Positions 18,564 to 29,338 are shown, numbered from the stretch's first letter. The stretch: DNA of 64,000 nt from a bacterium (GCA_963674595.2 CAXXFV010000004.1:320001-384000); one strand, 5' to 3'. The notes: a model not told the origin generated them from the sequence alone. Program-made: numbers and translations.

Positions 18564-20576
18564 CTAGTCAAGTACCTGAACCGCCTTTTTAGTTGCAGTT
18601 ATTAACGGATCAACAGAAATGGGACTACCAACAGCTTGCTGCATCCAGGCGTCGGGTGTGATGGAACCGATTTTACACATCCGTTCCATTTCCTGACCCA
18701 GGTTTTTATCCTTTAAATATTGTTCAATCTGGAACATAATGATATGGCCCAGAGAATAGTCCGGCAGGTATAAACCGGCGTCGATCATGTGGGAATAGAT
18801 TCCCAGCAAAATAACATCGTTGATTCCAAAAATCGGGGCGTAATATTCATTCCATACATTTTTAGCAATGTCCATAACAGCATTTTTCAGGTCGGCTTTT
18901 GAGGCATCAGGATGGTCATATAACCAATGCCATACTTTTATATCCACAAGTCCGACGGCCGCAATTTCACAGGTGGACCAGTATGTATCCAAAGCTTTCA
19001 GGTATTCCGCTTCTTCATTGTCGGTGTTCTTGCCAAGTACCAGCATATCTCGTGATTGAAAGACAAAAGCAAACGCTTCCGTAAAAGCCGTGTTGGGTAC
19101 ACCATGCAGCATATAGTGGTCGATCAGGTTTAAGGAAAAAACCTGTTCCACGTTGTGGCCCAGTTCATGAATGGCGATATTAAATCCTTTATAGGTCATG
19201 CCGGTTTTGGCAATTCGGGTCCTTAAATGGGCCTGATCGGCGCGGCGTTCCGCACCCATAGCATGACCGGCGCCTCTGGAAGGATCCACAACAATTTTCG
19301 TTTTTAAAAATTGGGCTGTTTTTTCATCGAATCCCAACTTTATCAAAATATTTGTCAAATCGTTTTGAAAGGCCGCTACATTGGGATATTTTTCACCAAC
19401 CAGTTTATCCAGTTCACTTTGGTTTACACCGCTGCGTTGCTCAAAACCGTTGTACCAAATATCAAAAGGAAGTAAATCGCGGTCCAGTCGTTTGGAAATC
19501 AGTTTTGCTACTTTTTTCGCAACCGGGTCTTTGAGCATAGTAACCAGCAAAGATTCAAATTTTTGTTCCGGTATTTCCCGGTCTCTTTGAAATTTTCTGT
19601 CCATTTTTGTTGGAAAGGTCGGATAGTATGGGTCGCTGTTTTTTTCCGCCTGAAAAATATCCAAAAGCATTTGATAACGGGTATCCGGTTCGGAGGGTTT
19701 TTCAACAGGTTTTTGGTCTGAATATAGGGTGTTGCTAAAGGGATCCCACTGATATTCTCCGCTGTTTATAACTGCCTGTGGAATTTCCTGACGGATAATA
19801 CGCTCCATGACCTGCTGTATCATTTTTTGCCTCACCAGGCCATCGGCATTGGCATATTGGGATTTTAGCTCATCACGTAATCCCCAATGCGAAATAAGCC
19901 GCAGATTTTCCGGAAAGAGTTTTTGATCGTCATCGGCAGCCAGATTATGCATAAATATATTATAATTGCTGATATAATCATCAGCTTTAACATAAGCTTT
20001 TGTTAAATTTTGAGAAATCTCTGCGGGAACCCGGTCACTAAAGTTTGCCGTTAGTCGTGCCCATGCCCAGTCCTTTCGGGTCCAGGTGGAATTTTTCTCT
20101 AGGATTTCTTCCAGGTTATAAATAGGGTGGTTTAAAAGGACTATGAAGGCGTTTTTTGTTTTAAACAAATCCTCTGCAATATGAGCATAGGGATCATATT
20201 CGGCAAAGAGATAATCAACCGGCAAAAGGCGCCCGATGTCCAGTTGTATCGGTTTTGAAAAGTCACGATAAATTTCCAAACTGTGTCCGTACAAAGTTTC
20301 CAGATTGGTTTCATAACGTTGTAAGGTCAGGTCCAGTTCTTCCGGATTCGTTATAAAATTTTCCATACAAAATTTTGCAAATACGGCATCATCACCGTCT
20401 TCTTTTTGCCAAAATTGGGCAACCTGAGCAACACCCTTCTCAATACGTGCCTGACAGGTTTTTCCGTGCTGAGCAATGAGTTTTTCTGATACGGATTGTA
20501 TAACAGATTTTTCCACAGTTCCTCCTGCAAAACTAATTCCCCATAGAATGAAAAGGCTTGCAATGATTTTTTTCAT
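18564..20576 (-). CDS. Exported gluzincin-like metallopeptidase (hypothetical)
   Basis: Signal peptide; HELGH followed by NTAFTEAFA (HExxH...E). Confidence 0.6.
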   Translation of the reverse strand: MKKIIASLFILWGISFAGGTVEKSVIQSVSEKLIAQHGKTCQARIEKGVAQVAQFWQKEDGDDAVFAKFCMENFITNPEELDLTLQRYETNLETLYGHSLEIYRDFSKPIQLDIGRLLPVDYLFAEYDPYAHIAEDLFKTKNAFIVLLNHPIYNLEEILEKNSTWTRKDWAWARLTANFSDRVPAEISQNLTKAYVKADDYISNYNIFMHNLAADDDQKLFPENLRLISHWGLRDELKSQYANADGLVRQKMIQQVMERIIRQEIPQAVINSGEYQWDPFSNTLYSDQKPVEKPSEPDTRYQMLLDIFQAEKNSDPYYPTFPTKMDRKFQRDREIPEQKFESLLVTMLKDPVAKKVAKLISKRLDRDLLPFDIWYNGFEQRSGVNQSELDKLVGEKYPNVAAFQNDLTNILIKLGFDEKTAQFLKTKIVVDPSRGAGHAMGAERRADQAHLRTRIAKTGMTYKGFNIAIHELGHNVEQVFSLNLIDHYMLHGVPNTAFTEAFAFVFQSRDMLVLGKNTDNEEAEYLKALDTYWSTCEIAAVGLVDIKVWHWLYDHPDASKADLKNAVMDIAKNVWNEYYAPIFGINDVILLGIYSHMIDAGLYLPDYSLGHIIMFQIEQYLKDKNLGQEMERMCKIGSITPDAWMQQAVGSPISVDPLITATKKAVQVLD

Positions 20577-20704
20577 AACAACTCCAAGTTTTATGTTTTA
20601 AAAAAAGTAATATACTATTTTTCAAAACGTGAGTCAATACTCTGAGAATTATTGTTTTGTTTCAAAGGAGATATGGTTATATTATAAACAAAAAAAAGGT
20701 AGAC

Positions 20705-21052
20705 ATGGATAAAAATTCAAAACTGGTTTATTCAACCCATTCAAATGAAATCACTTGTCCGCGTTGTGGCAAGCTTGAATGTGAATGTTCAAAAGAAAAA
20801 AAATCCAGCCCCCAGGGTGCTTTAAAAATTTCCCTGGACCGTAAAGGACGAAAAGGAAAAAGTATGACACTGGTTGAGGGATTTTCGGTCAATCCCCAGC
20901 ATCTTGCCGATATTGCCAAAGAGCTGAAACAATTTTTAGGGACCGGAGGAACAGCCAAACAAGGTCGTATCGAAATTCAAGGGGACCAACGATCCCGTAT
21001 TAAACAAAAACTCGAAGAAATGGGGTATAAGACGAAATTGGTCGGAGGATAG
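20705..21052 (+). CDS. yciH: SUI1/YciH-family translation initiation factor
   Basis: LVYST, CPRCGKLECEC, LDRKGRKGKSMTLVEG, LKQFLGTGGT, IEIQGD. Confidence 0.88.
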   Translation: MDKNSKLVYSTHSNEITCPRCGKLECECSKEKKSSPQGALKISLDRKGRKGKSMTLVEGFSVNPQHLADIAKELKQFLGTGGTAKQGRIEIQGDQRSRIKQKLEEMGYKTKLVGG

Positions 21053-21077
21053 TTTTTAATAGAAAATCCCGGATGGA

Positions 21078-22493
21078 ATGACAATGAAAAAAACAATCTT
21101 GATTTTATTACCGCTGATTTATCTGAATTGTTCATTATTTATCAAACCACAACATAATACAGAGCACCCAAACTGGGATGATGCCGAGGTAATTTTAAAA
21201 AATATTTCTGCCCCTCGGTTTCCCGATGTAGATTATTTAATAACGGATTATGGAGCAGTCGGGGACGGAGAAACCGATAATTTTGCTTTTTTTAAAAAAG
21301 CAATCAAGGAATGTAATGAACAGGGGGGAGGGCGTATAATTGTTCCAAAAGGAGTTTTTCTGGTAAAGGGTCCGATCCATTTAAAGAGTAATGTTCATTT
21401 GTATCTATCCGAAGGAGCTGTTTTACGTTTTAGCGCAGAACCTCAATATTATTTGCCCATGGTTTTAACAAAATGGGAAGGATGCGAGCTCTATAATTAT
21501 TCGCCTTTTATTTATGCCTATCAGGCGACAAACGTTGCCGTTACCGGTTCCGGTACAATTGATGGCCAGGCAGCCGGGGGTTTTGCCACCTGGAAGACAA
21601 AACAAAAAGCAGACCAGTTGCTTTTACGGCAGATGGGTAATGATGGCGTTCCTGTTTATGAACGGTTGTTTGGAGAAGGACACTGGCTTCGTCCGAGTAT
21701 GATCCAGCCTTTTGGCTGCAAAAACGTTTTGATAGAAGGTGTAACAATTTTGGATTCCCCGTTTTGGGTGGTTCACCCGGTGTTTTGCAATAATGTTATT
21801 GTCAGAAATATCAACGTAAACAGTTGGAATACGAACAATGACGGTTGTGACCCGGATGCCAGTACCAATGTTTTGATTGAAAATTGTGTGTTCTTTACCG
21901 GCGATGATGGTGTGGCCATCAAGTCCGGGCGGGACCAGGACGGTTGGCGGGTTGGTCAACCAACAGAGAATGTGATCGTGAGAGATTGTGATATAAAGTC
22001 CATAGCAAACGGACTGTGTATTGGCAGTGAAATGTCCGGTGGTGTTCGTAACATTTTTATGGAAAATTGCCGGGTAGACAGCGCCATGTCGACGATATAT
22101 TTCAAGTCCAATCTGGATCGCGGTGGTATGATTGAAAATGTTATGGTCCGTAATATTCATGTAAAACGGGCAAAAGGGGCTGTTATACGTTTTGAAAGCA
22201 ATTACAAAGGCCATCGAGGAAATTCCTATACACCTGTTTTTCGTCATTTTTATCTTGAAAATATTACCTGTGAAAAAGCGGATAATATCGGCATTTATGC
22301 AGAAGGAATTGAAGGAACACCCATGGAGTATCTGAATTTTAAAAATGTGGAAATCAAACAGGCAGAGGTGGCATCCCATTTTCGGTTTGTAGAAAATGTA
22401 ACTTTTGATAAAGTTTTAATTAACGGACAACATGTCAATAACACAACGATTATAAATAAAGAGACCGGTTCCAAAGAGAAAATGGGATGGTGA
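21078..22493 (+). CDS. GH28 polygalacturonase-family glycoside hydrolase (lipoprotein)
   Basis: DYGAVGDG, GPIHLKSNV, NNDGCDP, GDDGVAIKSG, IGSEMSGG. Confidence 0.9.
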   Translation: MTMKKTILILLPLIYLNCSLFIKPQHNTEHPNWDDAEVILKNISAPRFPDVDYLITDYGAVGDGETDNFAFFKKAIKECNEQGGGRIIVPKGVFLVKGPIHLKSNVHLYLSEGAVLRFSAEPQYYLPMVLTKWEGCELYNYSPFIYAYQATNVAVTGSGTIDGQAAGGFATWKTKQKADQLLLRQMGNDGVPVYERLFGEGHWLRPSMIQPFGCKNVLIEGVTILDSPFWVVHPVFCNNVIVRNINVNSWNTNNDGCDPDASTNVLIENCVFFTGDDGVAIKSGRDQDGWRVGQPTENVIVRDCDIKSIANGLCIGSEMSGGVRNIFMENCRVDSAMSTIYFKSNLDRGGMIENVMVRNIHVKRAKGAVIRFESNYKGHRGNSYTPVFRHFYLENITCEKADNIGIYAEGIEGTPMEYLNFKNVEIKQAEVASHFRFVENVTFDKVLINGQHVNNTTIINKETGSKEKMGW

Positions 22494-22593
22494 GGAAAGC
22501 GTGTTATTACATTTATTTACTTTCATTTATAATTTATAATAGTTATTATAGGGACAGTGTATAAGGGCATATTAAAACTAAATAGAGGAGAAA

Positions 22594-24063
22594 ATGGACC
22601 GTCGAGATTTTTTTAAAAAAACTGTTTCCGCAGGTATGGCCTTTTCTTTTGCCGGCTGTGCTTCGCAAACGGCTCCTCATTCCAAAGTAAGAGGAGCAAA
22701 TGAGAGAATTCGTATTGGAATTGTCGGCCTTCGAAGCAAAGGAAAACACCATATCGAATTATTCCATAAAATTCCTAATGTACAAATTGCCGCTCTTTGT
22801 GATGTTGACACAGAGTTTCTGGACGAGCAAAAAAGCCAGTTCGACGAATGGGGAGAAAAAGTCAAGCTTTATAAAGATATTCGCAACTTGCTGGAAGATA
22901 AATCAATCGACGCGATAAGTGTTGTCACGCCGAACCATTGGCATTCTTTGATGGGAATTTGGGCCTGTCAGGCTGGTAAAGATGTATATGTTGAAAAACC
23001 GGTTTCACACAATTTATGGGAAGGAAGAAAACTGGTCGAAGCGGCCAGAAAATATAACCGAATTGTTCAGGCAGGTACTCAAAATCGGACGGATGAAGCC
23101 GTGCAGCAGGTTTTTCAATATATAAATGAAGGCCATATTGGCGCTATCAAAGTTGCCCGAGGTTTTTGTTATAAACGTCGTAAAAATATTGGCAAAGTGG
23201 CCGGCCCTCAACCTATTCCTGCGAATATTGATTTTGATTTGTGGACCGGACCTGCTCCGTTAAAGCCACTTAGACGCAGTCGTGTTCATTATGACTGGCA
23301 CTGGCAGTGGGATACCGGAAATGGTGATATTGGTAACCAGGGCATTCATGAAATGGATATGTGCCGATGGGCCATAGGACAAGATAAACTTCCACAGCGT
23401 GTGATGAGCTTTGGCGGGCGTTTTGGTTACGATGACGATGGTGAAACGCCAAACACTCTGGTAACTATTTTAGACTATAAACCGGTACCTATTATTTTTG
23501 AGGTAAGAGGCCTGCCGAAACAGAGTGATATTGAAGCGATGGACAACTATCATGGTGTAAGGATTGGTGTTGTTATCGAATGTGAAGACGGCTTTTTTGC
23601 CGGCGGACACGGCGGCGGCTGGATCTATGATAAAAATGGTAAAAAGGTCAAACAATTCAGCAGCCCGGGTGGCGGCGAACATCAGGCCAATTTTATTCAG
23701 GCTGTCCGCAGTCGAAAAAGGTCAGATTTAAACGCAGACATACTTGAAGGACACCTTTCTTCGGCGCTTTGTCATATGGGTAATATTCCATATAATTTGG
23801 GAAAATTGGTTGATAAAGACGAGTTAACGGATACAATAAAATCAAATCCGATTGCCTCGGAAGCGTTTGAAAGGTTTGAAGATCATTTAAATAAAAATAA
23901 TGTTGACCTTTTAACAGACCGTCCCACTTTGGGAACCTGGCTGGATTTTGATCCGCAAACAGAAAAGTTTGTGACAAAAAATAAATTTGATTTTGGTTAT
24001 TGGGCAAACAAACTGGTAAGAGGTCATTATCGGGAACCCTTTGTTGTCCCTGAAAGTGTATAA
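22594..24063 (+). CDS. Tat-exported Gfo/Idh/MocA oxidoreductase
   Basis: DRRDFFK twin-arginine signal; TPNHWH, GKDVYVEKP, GDIGNQGIHEMD. Confidence 0.9.
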   Translation: MDRRDFFKKTVSAGMAFSFAGCASQTAPHSKVRGANERIRIGIVGLRSKGKHHIELFHKIPNVQIAALCDVDTEFLDEQKSQFDEWGEKVKLYKDIRNLLEDKSIDAISVVTPNHWHSLMGIWACQAGKDVYVEKPVSHNLWEGRKLVEAARKYNRIVQAGTQNRTDEAVQQVFQYINEGHIGAIKVARGFCYKRRKNIGKVAGPQPIPANIDFDLWTGPAPLKPLRRSRVHYDWHWQWDTGNGDIGNQGIHEMDMCRWAIGQDKLPQRVMSFGGRFGYDDDGETPNTLVTILDYKPVPIIFEVRGLPKQSDIEAMDNYHGVRIGVVIECEDGFFAGGHGGGWIYDKNGKKVKQFSSPGGGEHQANFIQAVRSRKRSDLNADILEGHLSSALCHMGNIPYNLGKLVDKDELTDTIKSNPIASEAFERFEDHLNKNNVDLLTDRPTLGTWLDFDPQTEKFVTKNKFDFGYWANKLVRGHYREPFVVPESV

Positions 24064-24099
24064 TCAACAAGGTGAACTTTTTTGCAGCCCGGATAGATT

Positions 24100-25035
24100 A
24101 TGCATCTTGAGAAAAAATCGACACAAATTTATAAAACCCGGATCGATAAGGTTATCCAATATATTACTTGTAATTTAGGTGAAAAATTGTCTCTTGAAAA
24201 ACTGGCAAAAGAGGCTTATTTTTCACCTTTTCATTTTCATCGTCTTTTTTCAGCAATAATCGGGGAGACACCCAACGAATTTATAAATCGTTTGCGGATT
24301 GAAAAAGCAGCCGGCATGCTTCTTTATAATCCCAATAATTCCATTACAGAAATTGCCATTGTTTGCGGTTTTTCTTCATCCGCTTCTTTTTCCCGTTCCT
24401 TTAAGCAGTATTTTGGCTTTTCGGCAACGGAATTGCGTAAATCAGGAAAAAGCAAGATTCGACAAAAGCTGAGCAAAGAATGTAAAATAATTACCCTCCG
24501 GCATGATTATCTTTTGACTGATCAATTAAACAGTCAAAATAATCCCAACAGGAGGTTTTCCATGGATGTAAAAATTAAAATAATGCCCGAATTTCGGGTT
24601 GCTTATATGGCACAAAATGAGGGTTATATCACTGAAAAAATTCATAAAACATGGGACCAGCTTTGTAAATGGGGAGCAGCCAGGGACTTGTTAAATCAGG
24701 ATACTCTGCTAATCGGTATCTCTTTTGATGATCCTGAAATTACGCCATTAAATAAATGTCGATACTATGCTTGTTTTACGGTCCCACCGGAGGTACAGGG
24801 AGACGACCAGGTGGGTATCTATAATATTGAAGGCGGTAAATATGCTGTTTACCATTTTGAAGGTACAGAAATCCAAATTATGACTACCTATAAAGCCGTA
24901 TATGGTGAATGGCTGCCGTCCAGCGGTTATCAGCCGGATGATAAACCCTGTTATGAAATTTATCTAAACAATCCGGATACGGATCCGGAGGGTAAATATA
25001 TTATGGATATTTATTTACCTGTTAAACCGTTATAA
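24100..25035 (+). CDS. AraC-family regulator with C-terminal GyrI-like effector domain
   Basis: [32 protein letters not shown]; GyrI-like DDPEITP..CRYYAC, GGKYAVY, EWLPSSGYQPDD.PCYEIY. Confidence 0.92.
   Translation: MHLEKKSTQIYKTRIDKVIQYITCNLGEKLSLEKLAKEAYFSPFHFHRLFSAIIGETPNEFINRLRIEKAAGMLLYNPNNSITEIAIVCGFSSSASFSRSFKQYFGFSATELRKSGKSKIRQKLSKECKIITLRHDYLLTDQLNSQNNPNRRFSMDVKIKIMPEFRVAYMAQNEGYITEKIHKTWDQLCKWGAARDLLNQDTLLIGISFDDPEITPLNKCRYYACFTVPPEVQGDDQVGIYNIEGGKYAVYHFEGTEIQIMTTYKAVYGEWLPSSGYQPDDKPCYEIYLNNPDTDPEGKYIMDIYLPVKPL
24451..24564 (+). promoter_or_regulatory. Intragenic AraC-type tandem operator, promoter and RBS for a GyrI-only isoform
   Basis: AGCAA half-sites at 24451 and 24472 (21-bp period), TATCTT at 24508-24513, AGGAGG at 24550-24555, in-frame ATG at 24562. 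Confidence 0.5.
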
Positions 25036-25042
25036 TTTATTT

Positions 25043-25068
25043 GCTGTCTAAAATTTATTTTAGACAGC
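25043..25068. repeat. Perfect 12-bp inverted repeat (terminator or operator)
   Basis: GCTGTCTAAAAT-TT-ATTTTAGACAGC between the AraC gene and nfo. Confidence 0.6.
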
Positions 25069-25097
25069 CTGATGTTTAATTAAAAAGTGGTTGCTTT

Positions 25098-25949
25098 ATG
25101 GAATATAAAATAGGCGCACATGTCAGTATTAGCGGCGGTGTAGAAAATGCCCCTCTGAATGCTTTAGAAATCGGTGCAAAAGCTTTTGGAATTTTTACCA
25201 AAAATCAGAGACAGTGGGCTGCCAAACCGCTTGCTGAAGAAAATATTGAGCTGTTTAAAAAGAACTGTGATGAATATGGATTTTCTCCCGATTTTATTTT
25301 ACCTCATGACAGTTATTTGATTAATCCCGGGCACCCGGAACAAGCGGCGTTTGAAAAGTCCAGAAATGCTTTGCTGGATGAAATGCAGCGCTGCGAACAA
25401 TTGGGTTTAAAATATTTAAACTTTCATCCGGGAAGTCACCTGAATGTTATTTCAGAATCAGAGTGTCTAAAACGCATTGCAGAGTCGATCAATTTTGTTT
25501 TGGAGAAAACGTCCGGTGTTACTGCTGTTATCGAAAATACAGCCGGACAGGGAACAAACATGGGCCATCGGTTTGAACATTTGGCGGAAATTATTTCTTT
25601 TGTCGAGGACAAATCACGGGTCGGTGTTTGTCTGGATACATGCCATGCTTTTGCTGCAGGGTATGATATACGTACACCACAAGCATTTGAAAAAACGATA
25701 GCTGATTTTGATCAAACCATAGGATTGTCATATTTAAAAGCGCTTCATTTTAATGATGCCAAAAAGGACCTCGGCAGCCGGGTGGACCGTCATGCCAGCC
25801 TGGGAATGGGTTTTATTGGTTGGCAGGGATTTTCAAATTTTATGAATGATTCGCGTTTTATGGAAATGCCGATAATCTTGGAGACAACAGACTCTTCCCT
25901 GTGGCCGGTTGAAATTGAATCATTATATAAATTGTCACGCTCTTTTTAA
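25098..25949 (+). CDS. nfo: Endonuclease IV
   Basis: [55 protein letters not shown]. Confidence 0.96.
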   Translation: MEYKIGAHVSISGGVENAPLNALEIGAKAFGIFTKNQRQWAAKPLAEENIELFKKNCDEYGFSPDFILPHDSYLINPGHPEQAAFEKSRNALLDEMQRCEQLGLKYLNFHPGSHLNVISESECLKRIAESINFVLEKTSGVTAVIENTAGQGTNMGHRFEHLAEIISFVEDKSRVGVCLDTCHAFAAGYDIRTPQAFEKTIADFDQTIGLSYLKALHFNDAKKDLGSRVDRHASLGMGFIGWQGFSNFMNDSRFMEMPIILETTDSSLWPVEIESLYKLSRSF

Positions 25950-26036
25950 TATAAATTCTTTGAAATATAAATACAGATTCATACATTCCTTGATTGATTA
26001 GAATATTATTGACAATTCTATTACGAAAGAGGTTAT

Positions 26037-27113
26037 ATGACATCCAAAGAACGATTAATTGCAGCCATTGAAGGAAATGATATTGATCATATTCCATTTT
26101 CTCCAAACCTGGCTTACCTGTGGGAACATTTTCCCGATGATATTCAAAAAAAGGGACAACTCGATTTTTTAAAAATGATCGGCGCTGATCCTTTATGGCG
26201 CGGTGCACCGTGTCCTGTTAAAGAAATTTTACCTGAAATGGATAAAAAGGAATTTGTTGAAAATGATCGAAAGGTTACTGTTTTTTCAACACCTGTAGGA
26301 CAGTTACGATTGGGCTATATGAAGAGTGATCACGGAAACACCGAATTTCTCGTGGAACATCCGCTAAAAACAGAAAATGATTACAAAGTTCAAATGTGGA
26401 TCGAGGAGAATACAAAATTCGAATATGACCCGGAACCTGTTAAAGAACATTTTAAAGGTGAAGGTAGAGAAGGACTTTCACTTGGAATGCTGCTTCCCCG
26501 TAGCAAATCTGCTTTTCAACACCTGGTGGAACACCTTGCCGGTACTGAAGAATTAGTATATGCATTAATGGATTTTCCTGAAACCGTGACCATGCTGTGG
26601 GAAAAAATGGTGGAAAATAATCTTAAAGCTGCCAAAATTGTAGCCGCCGCTGATTACGATTATTTCATCACATGGGAAGATTCCAGCACGCAAAATTATT
26701 CACCCACTCAATATAAACAATATATCAGTTCTGAAATTCAACAGTGGTGTAAAATCCTTAAAGAACATGATAAAAAATACATCCAGCACGCGTGCGGTCA
26801 TGTAAAGGACCTGGTGCTGCAAATGAAAATGGATGGTGTTTTTGCTGTGGAAAGTATTTCGCCGCCGCCAACCGGCAATATTGAAATTAAGGATGCACGT
26901 GAAAAAGTAGGTTCTGATTTTGGCATCATCGGCGGTATAGAACCGACAAAGTTTTTGCATTATGACAACAACCAACTTGGTAAATATGTAGAACAAATTA
27001 TTAAAGAAGGAAAAGGCGGTCCGTTTATATTGGGAAATTCCGATTCCTGTCCGCCCGGAGTGACAATAGAAAAATTCAAACTTGTTGCCGACATTGCCAG
27101 GGCATCAAGTTAA
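26037..27113 (+). CDS. Uroporphyrinogen decarboxylase (UroD/MtaA-CmuA) family protein
   Basis: MTSKERL..AIEG..DHIP, TPVG, HACG, IIGGIEP, FILGNSDSCPPG. Confidence 0.8.
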   Translation: MTSKERLIAAIEGNDIDHIPFSPNLAYLWEHFPDDIQKKGQLDFLKMIGADPLWRGAPCPVKEILPEMDKKEFVENDRKVTVFSTPVGQLRLGYMKSDHGNTEFLVEHPLKTENDYKVQMWIEENTKFEYDPEPVKEHFKGEGREGLSLGMLLPRSKSAFQHLVEHLAGTEELVYALMDFPETVTMLWEKMVENNLKAAKIVAAADYDYFITWEDSSTQNYSPTQYKQYISSEIQQWCKILKEHDKKYIQHACGHVKDLVLQMKMDGVFAVESISPPPTGNIEIKDAREKVGSDFGIIGGIEPTKFLHYDNNQLGKYVEQIIKEGKGGPFILGNSDSCPPGVTIEKFKLVADIARASS

Positions 27114-27148
27114 TAAAATAATATAGATCAAATAAACAGGAGAATTTA

Positions 27149-29338
27149 ATGATTCGGAACAAATGGGTTGTTATTCTTTTATTATTTTTATTCTCCTCAT
27201 CTTTTGCTGATAATGCAAAAAAACCAAAAATCGGCCTTGTCCTTAGCGGAGGCGGGGCCAAGGGTTTTGCGCATATCGGTGTTTTAAAAGTTCTGGAAGA
27301 ACTGGAAATTACCCCGGATTATATAACCGGTACCAGCATGGGCAGTATTGTGGGGGGCCTGTACGCCATTGGCTATTCTGCCGAACATCTGGAAAATTTG
27401 GCTCTGACACAAAACTGGTCGGAATTGTTTTTGGACCAGATCTCCAGAAAAGATATATCAATAACAGAAAAAGAGCAGGACTCTAAATACGCCGGGACCT
27501 TTGAGTTTAAAGATTTTAATATCGTATTTCCCACCGGGCTTCTTAATGGTCATAAACTTTCTGCTTTAATATCCAGATTAACATGGTCTGTGCATCATGT
27601 TGATGATTTTAATAACTTTTCCATACCTTTCAAGTGTATTGCCGCCGATATTGAAACCGGTGAAGCCGTTGTTTTGGATCATGGTTTTTTACCCGATGCC
27701 ATACGGGCCAGTATGGCTATACCATCTGTTTTTACACCAATAGAGCTTGATAATCGTCTTTTAGTTGACGGGGGCATTATTCGGAATTTCCCTGTTACCG
27801 ATGCAATTGATATGGGTGCAGATATTACAATTGGTGTTGATGTTGGGGCCCCTCTTTTACCTAAAGAAGACTTGAATTCACTCGTTAAAATTATTAATCA
27901 GGCAATCAATTTTAAGGCTGTTGCTTCTACAAAGGAACAGCGTAAACTTTGTGATTTTTTGATCACTCCTGAATTGCGTGATTTTACAATTATGAGTTTT
28001 GAAGATGTTGAAGCGATCATTGCACGTGGTGAGCAGGCGGCCAGGAGTATTTATCCGCAACTGAAACAACTGGCAGATTCCCTCAAATTCTATCATAAAC
28101 AGGAACATCGTCATATTCCGGCTGTTCAAATTAAAGAGATTTACATACATGATGTCAAAATTTTAGGGCTTTCACAGGTATCCAGACAGCTTGTGTTGGG
28201 AAAGTTAATGTTCCCCGTTCCGGGAACCATTACGCCGGATGAATTGGAACAGGCGATATCCAGAATTTATGGCAGTCATTTTTTTGAACGAGTCACTTAC
28301 AAGTTTGAACCGACTCAGGAGGGAATGCATTTAATTATTAATGTGATTGAAAAATCAACGGATATGTTTCGTTTCGGAATTAATTATAACAGCCAGTTTA
28401 ATGCTTCATTACTGTTAAACACAACTTTTCGAAATTTGTTGGGGCATGGTTCAAAATTATTACTTGATATGAAATTCGGTGCAAACCAGGGACTTGGTAT
28501 TGCTTATTATTATTATACGAACTGGAATCCTGGTTTGGGTATTGGCATTGAATTAACTGAGAATGAGTATGATTTTAAATCTTTTGAAAATCACAAAACA
28601 ACAGCCGCTTATGATAAAGATATCATAAGCCAAAATTTGGTTTTGGAATCGGTCCTCTCAAATTCGATATGCAACGGTGTCGTCCTGCAAACACAGGAGA
28701 CAAATCTGGAAGCGGAATTTTCTTTTCTTGACAAAACGCAGAATTTGAAAATGGATTATTTTAATATATATGGATATTTAAAATTCGATACCTTTGATCA
28801 TGCTGATTTTCCCAAAACGGGTATTCAACTTTATGCCGAAGCAAAAAAAATAACAAATATGGTTAGTGAAGATTATGATGAGAATAAAATATCCTTTGAA
28901 AGATATTTTATTTCTTTTGAAAAAGCCACGGCTGTTCATAAAAAATATTCATTATTAAACCGACTTGTTGTCGGTGCAATTCATGGGAACAATGTTCCTT
29001 ATGATCAGCAGTTTTTTTTCGGTGGAATTGTGCAGCCTGAAAATTATATTTTCCCATTTTGGGGTATGGATTTTATGGAGCATTCTGCAAAGAATTTTGT
29101 GATTGCGGGTTTGGGTATGCAATATGAATTACGACAAAATGTGTTTGTTCAATGTAAAATCAATGGAGCTAAAAAAAATGAAATTTTTGAAAATCTGTTT
29201 CACGAAAAGGGTATTCATTGGGGCGGAGGTATTGCACTGGGAATTGATTTCCCGATCGGCCCTTTAACAATAACTTTTGAAAAAAGCAAATACACCCGAG
29301 GATTTAACACGTTTGTTAATTTGGGGCATTATTTTTAA
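27149..29338 (+). CDS. Patatin-like phospholipase with POTRA and beta-barrel (PlpD/type Vd-like)
   Basis: Signal peptide, LSGGGAKG, GTSMG, DGG, POTRA-like segment, C-terminal barrel ending GHYF. Confidence 0.88.
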   Translation: MIRNKWVVILLLFLFSSSFADNAKKPKIGLVLSGGGAKGFAHIGVLKVLEELEITPDYITGTSMGSIVGGLYAIGYSAEHLENLALTQNWSELFLDQISRKDISITEKEQDSKYAGTFEFKDFNIVFPTGLLNGHKLSALISRLTWSVHHVDDFNNFSIPFKCIAADIETGEAVVLDHGFLPDAIRASMAIPSVFTPIELDNRLLVDGGIIRNFPVTDAIDMGADITIGVDVGAPLLPKEDLNSLVKIINQAINFKAVASTKEQRKLCDFLITPELRDFTIMSFEDVEAIIARGEQAARSIYPQLKQLADSLKFYHKQEHRHIPAVQIKEIYIHDVKILGLSQVSRQLVLGKLMFPVPGTITPDELEQAISRIYGSHFFERVTYKFEPTQEGMHLIINVIEKSTDMFRFGINYNSQFNASLLLNTTFRNLLGHGSKLLLDMKFGANQGLGIAYYYYTNWNPGLGIGIELTENEYDFKSFENHKTTAAYDKDIISQNLVLESVLSNSICNGVVLQTQETNLEAEFSFLDKTQNLKMDYFNIYGYLKFDTFDHADFPKTGIQLYAEAKKITNMVSEDYDENKISFERYFISFEKATAVHKKYSLLNRLVVGAIHGNNVPYDQQFFFGGIVQPENYIFPFWGMDFMEHSAKNFVIAGLGMQYELRQNVFVQCKINGAKKNEIFENLFHEKGIHWGGGIALGIDFPIGPLTITFEKSKYTRGFNTFVNLGHYF

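Noticed and set aside
21624-22379. 251-aa antisense ORF
   Set aside because: Shadow of the GH28 gene with no recognisable motifs
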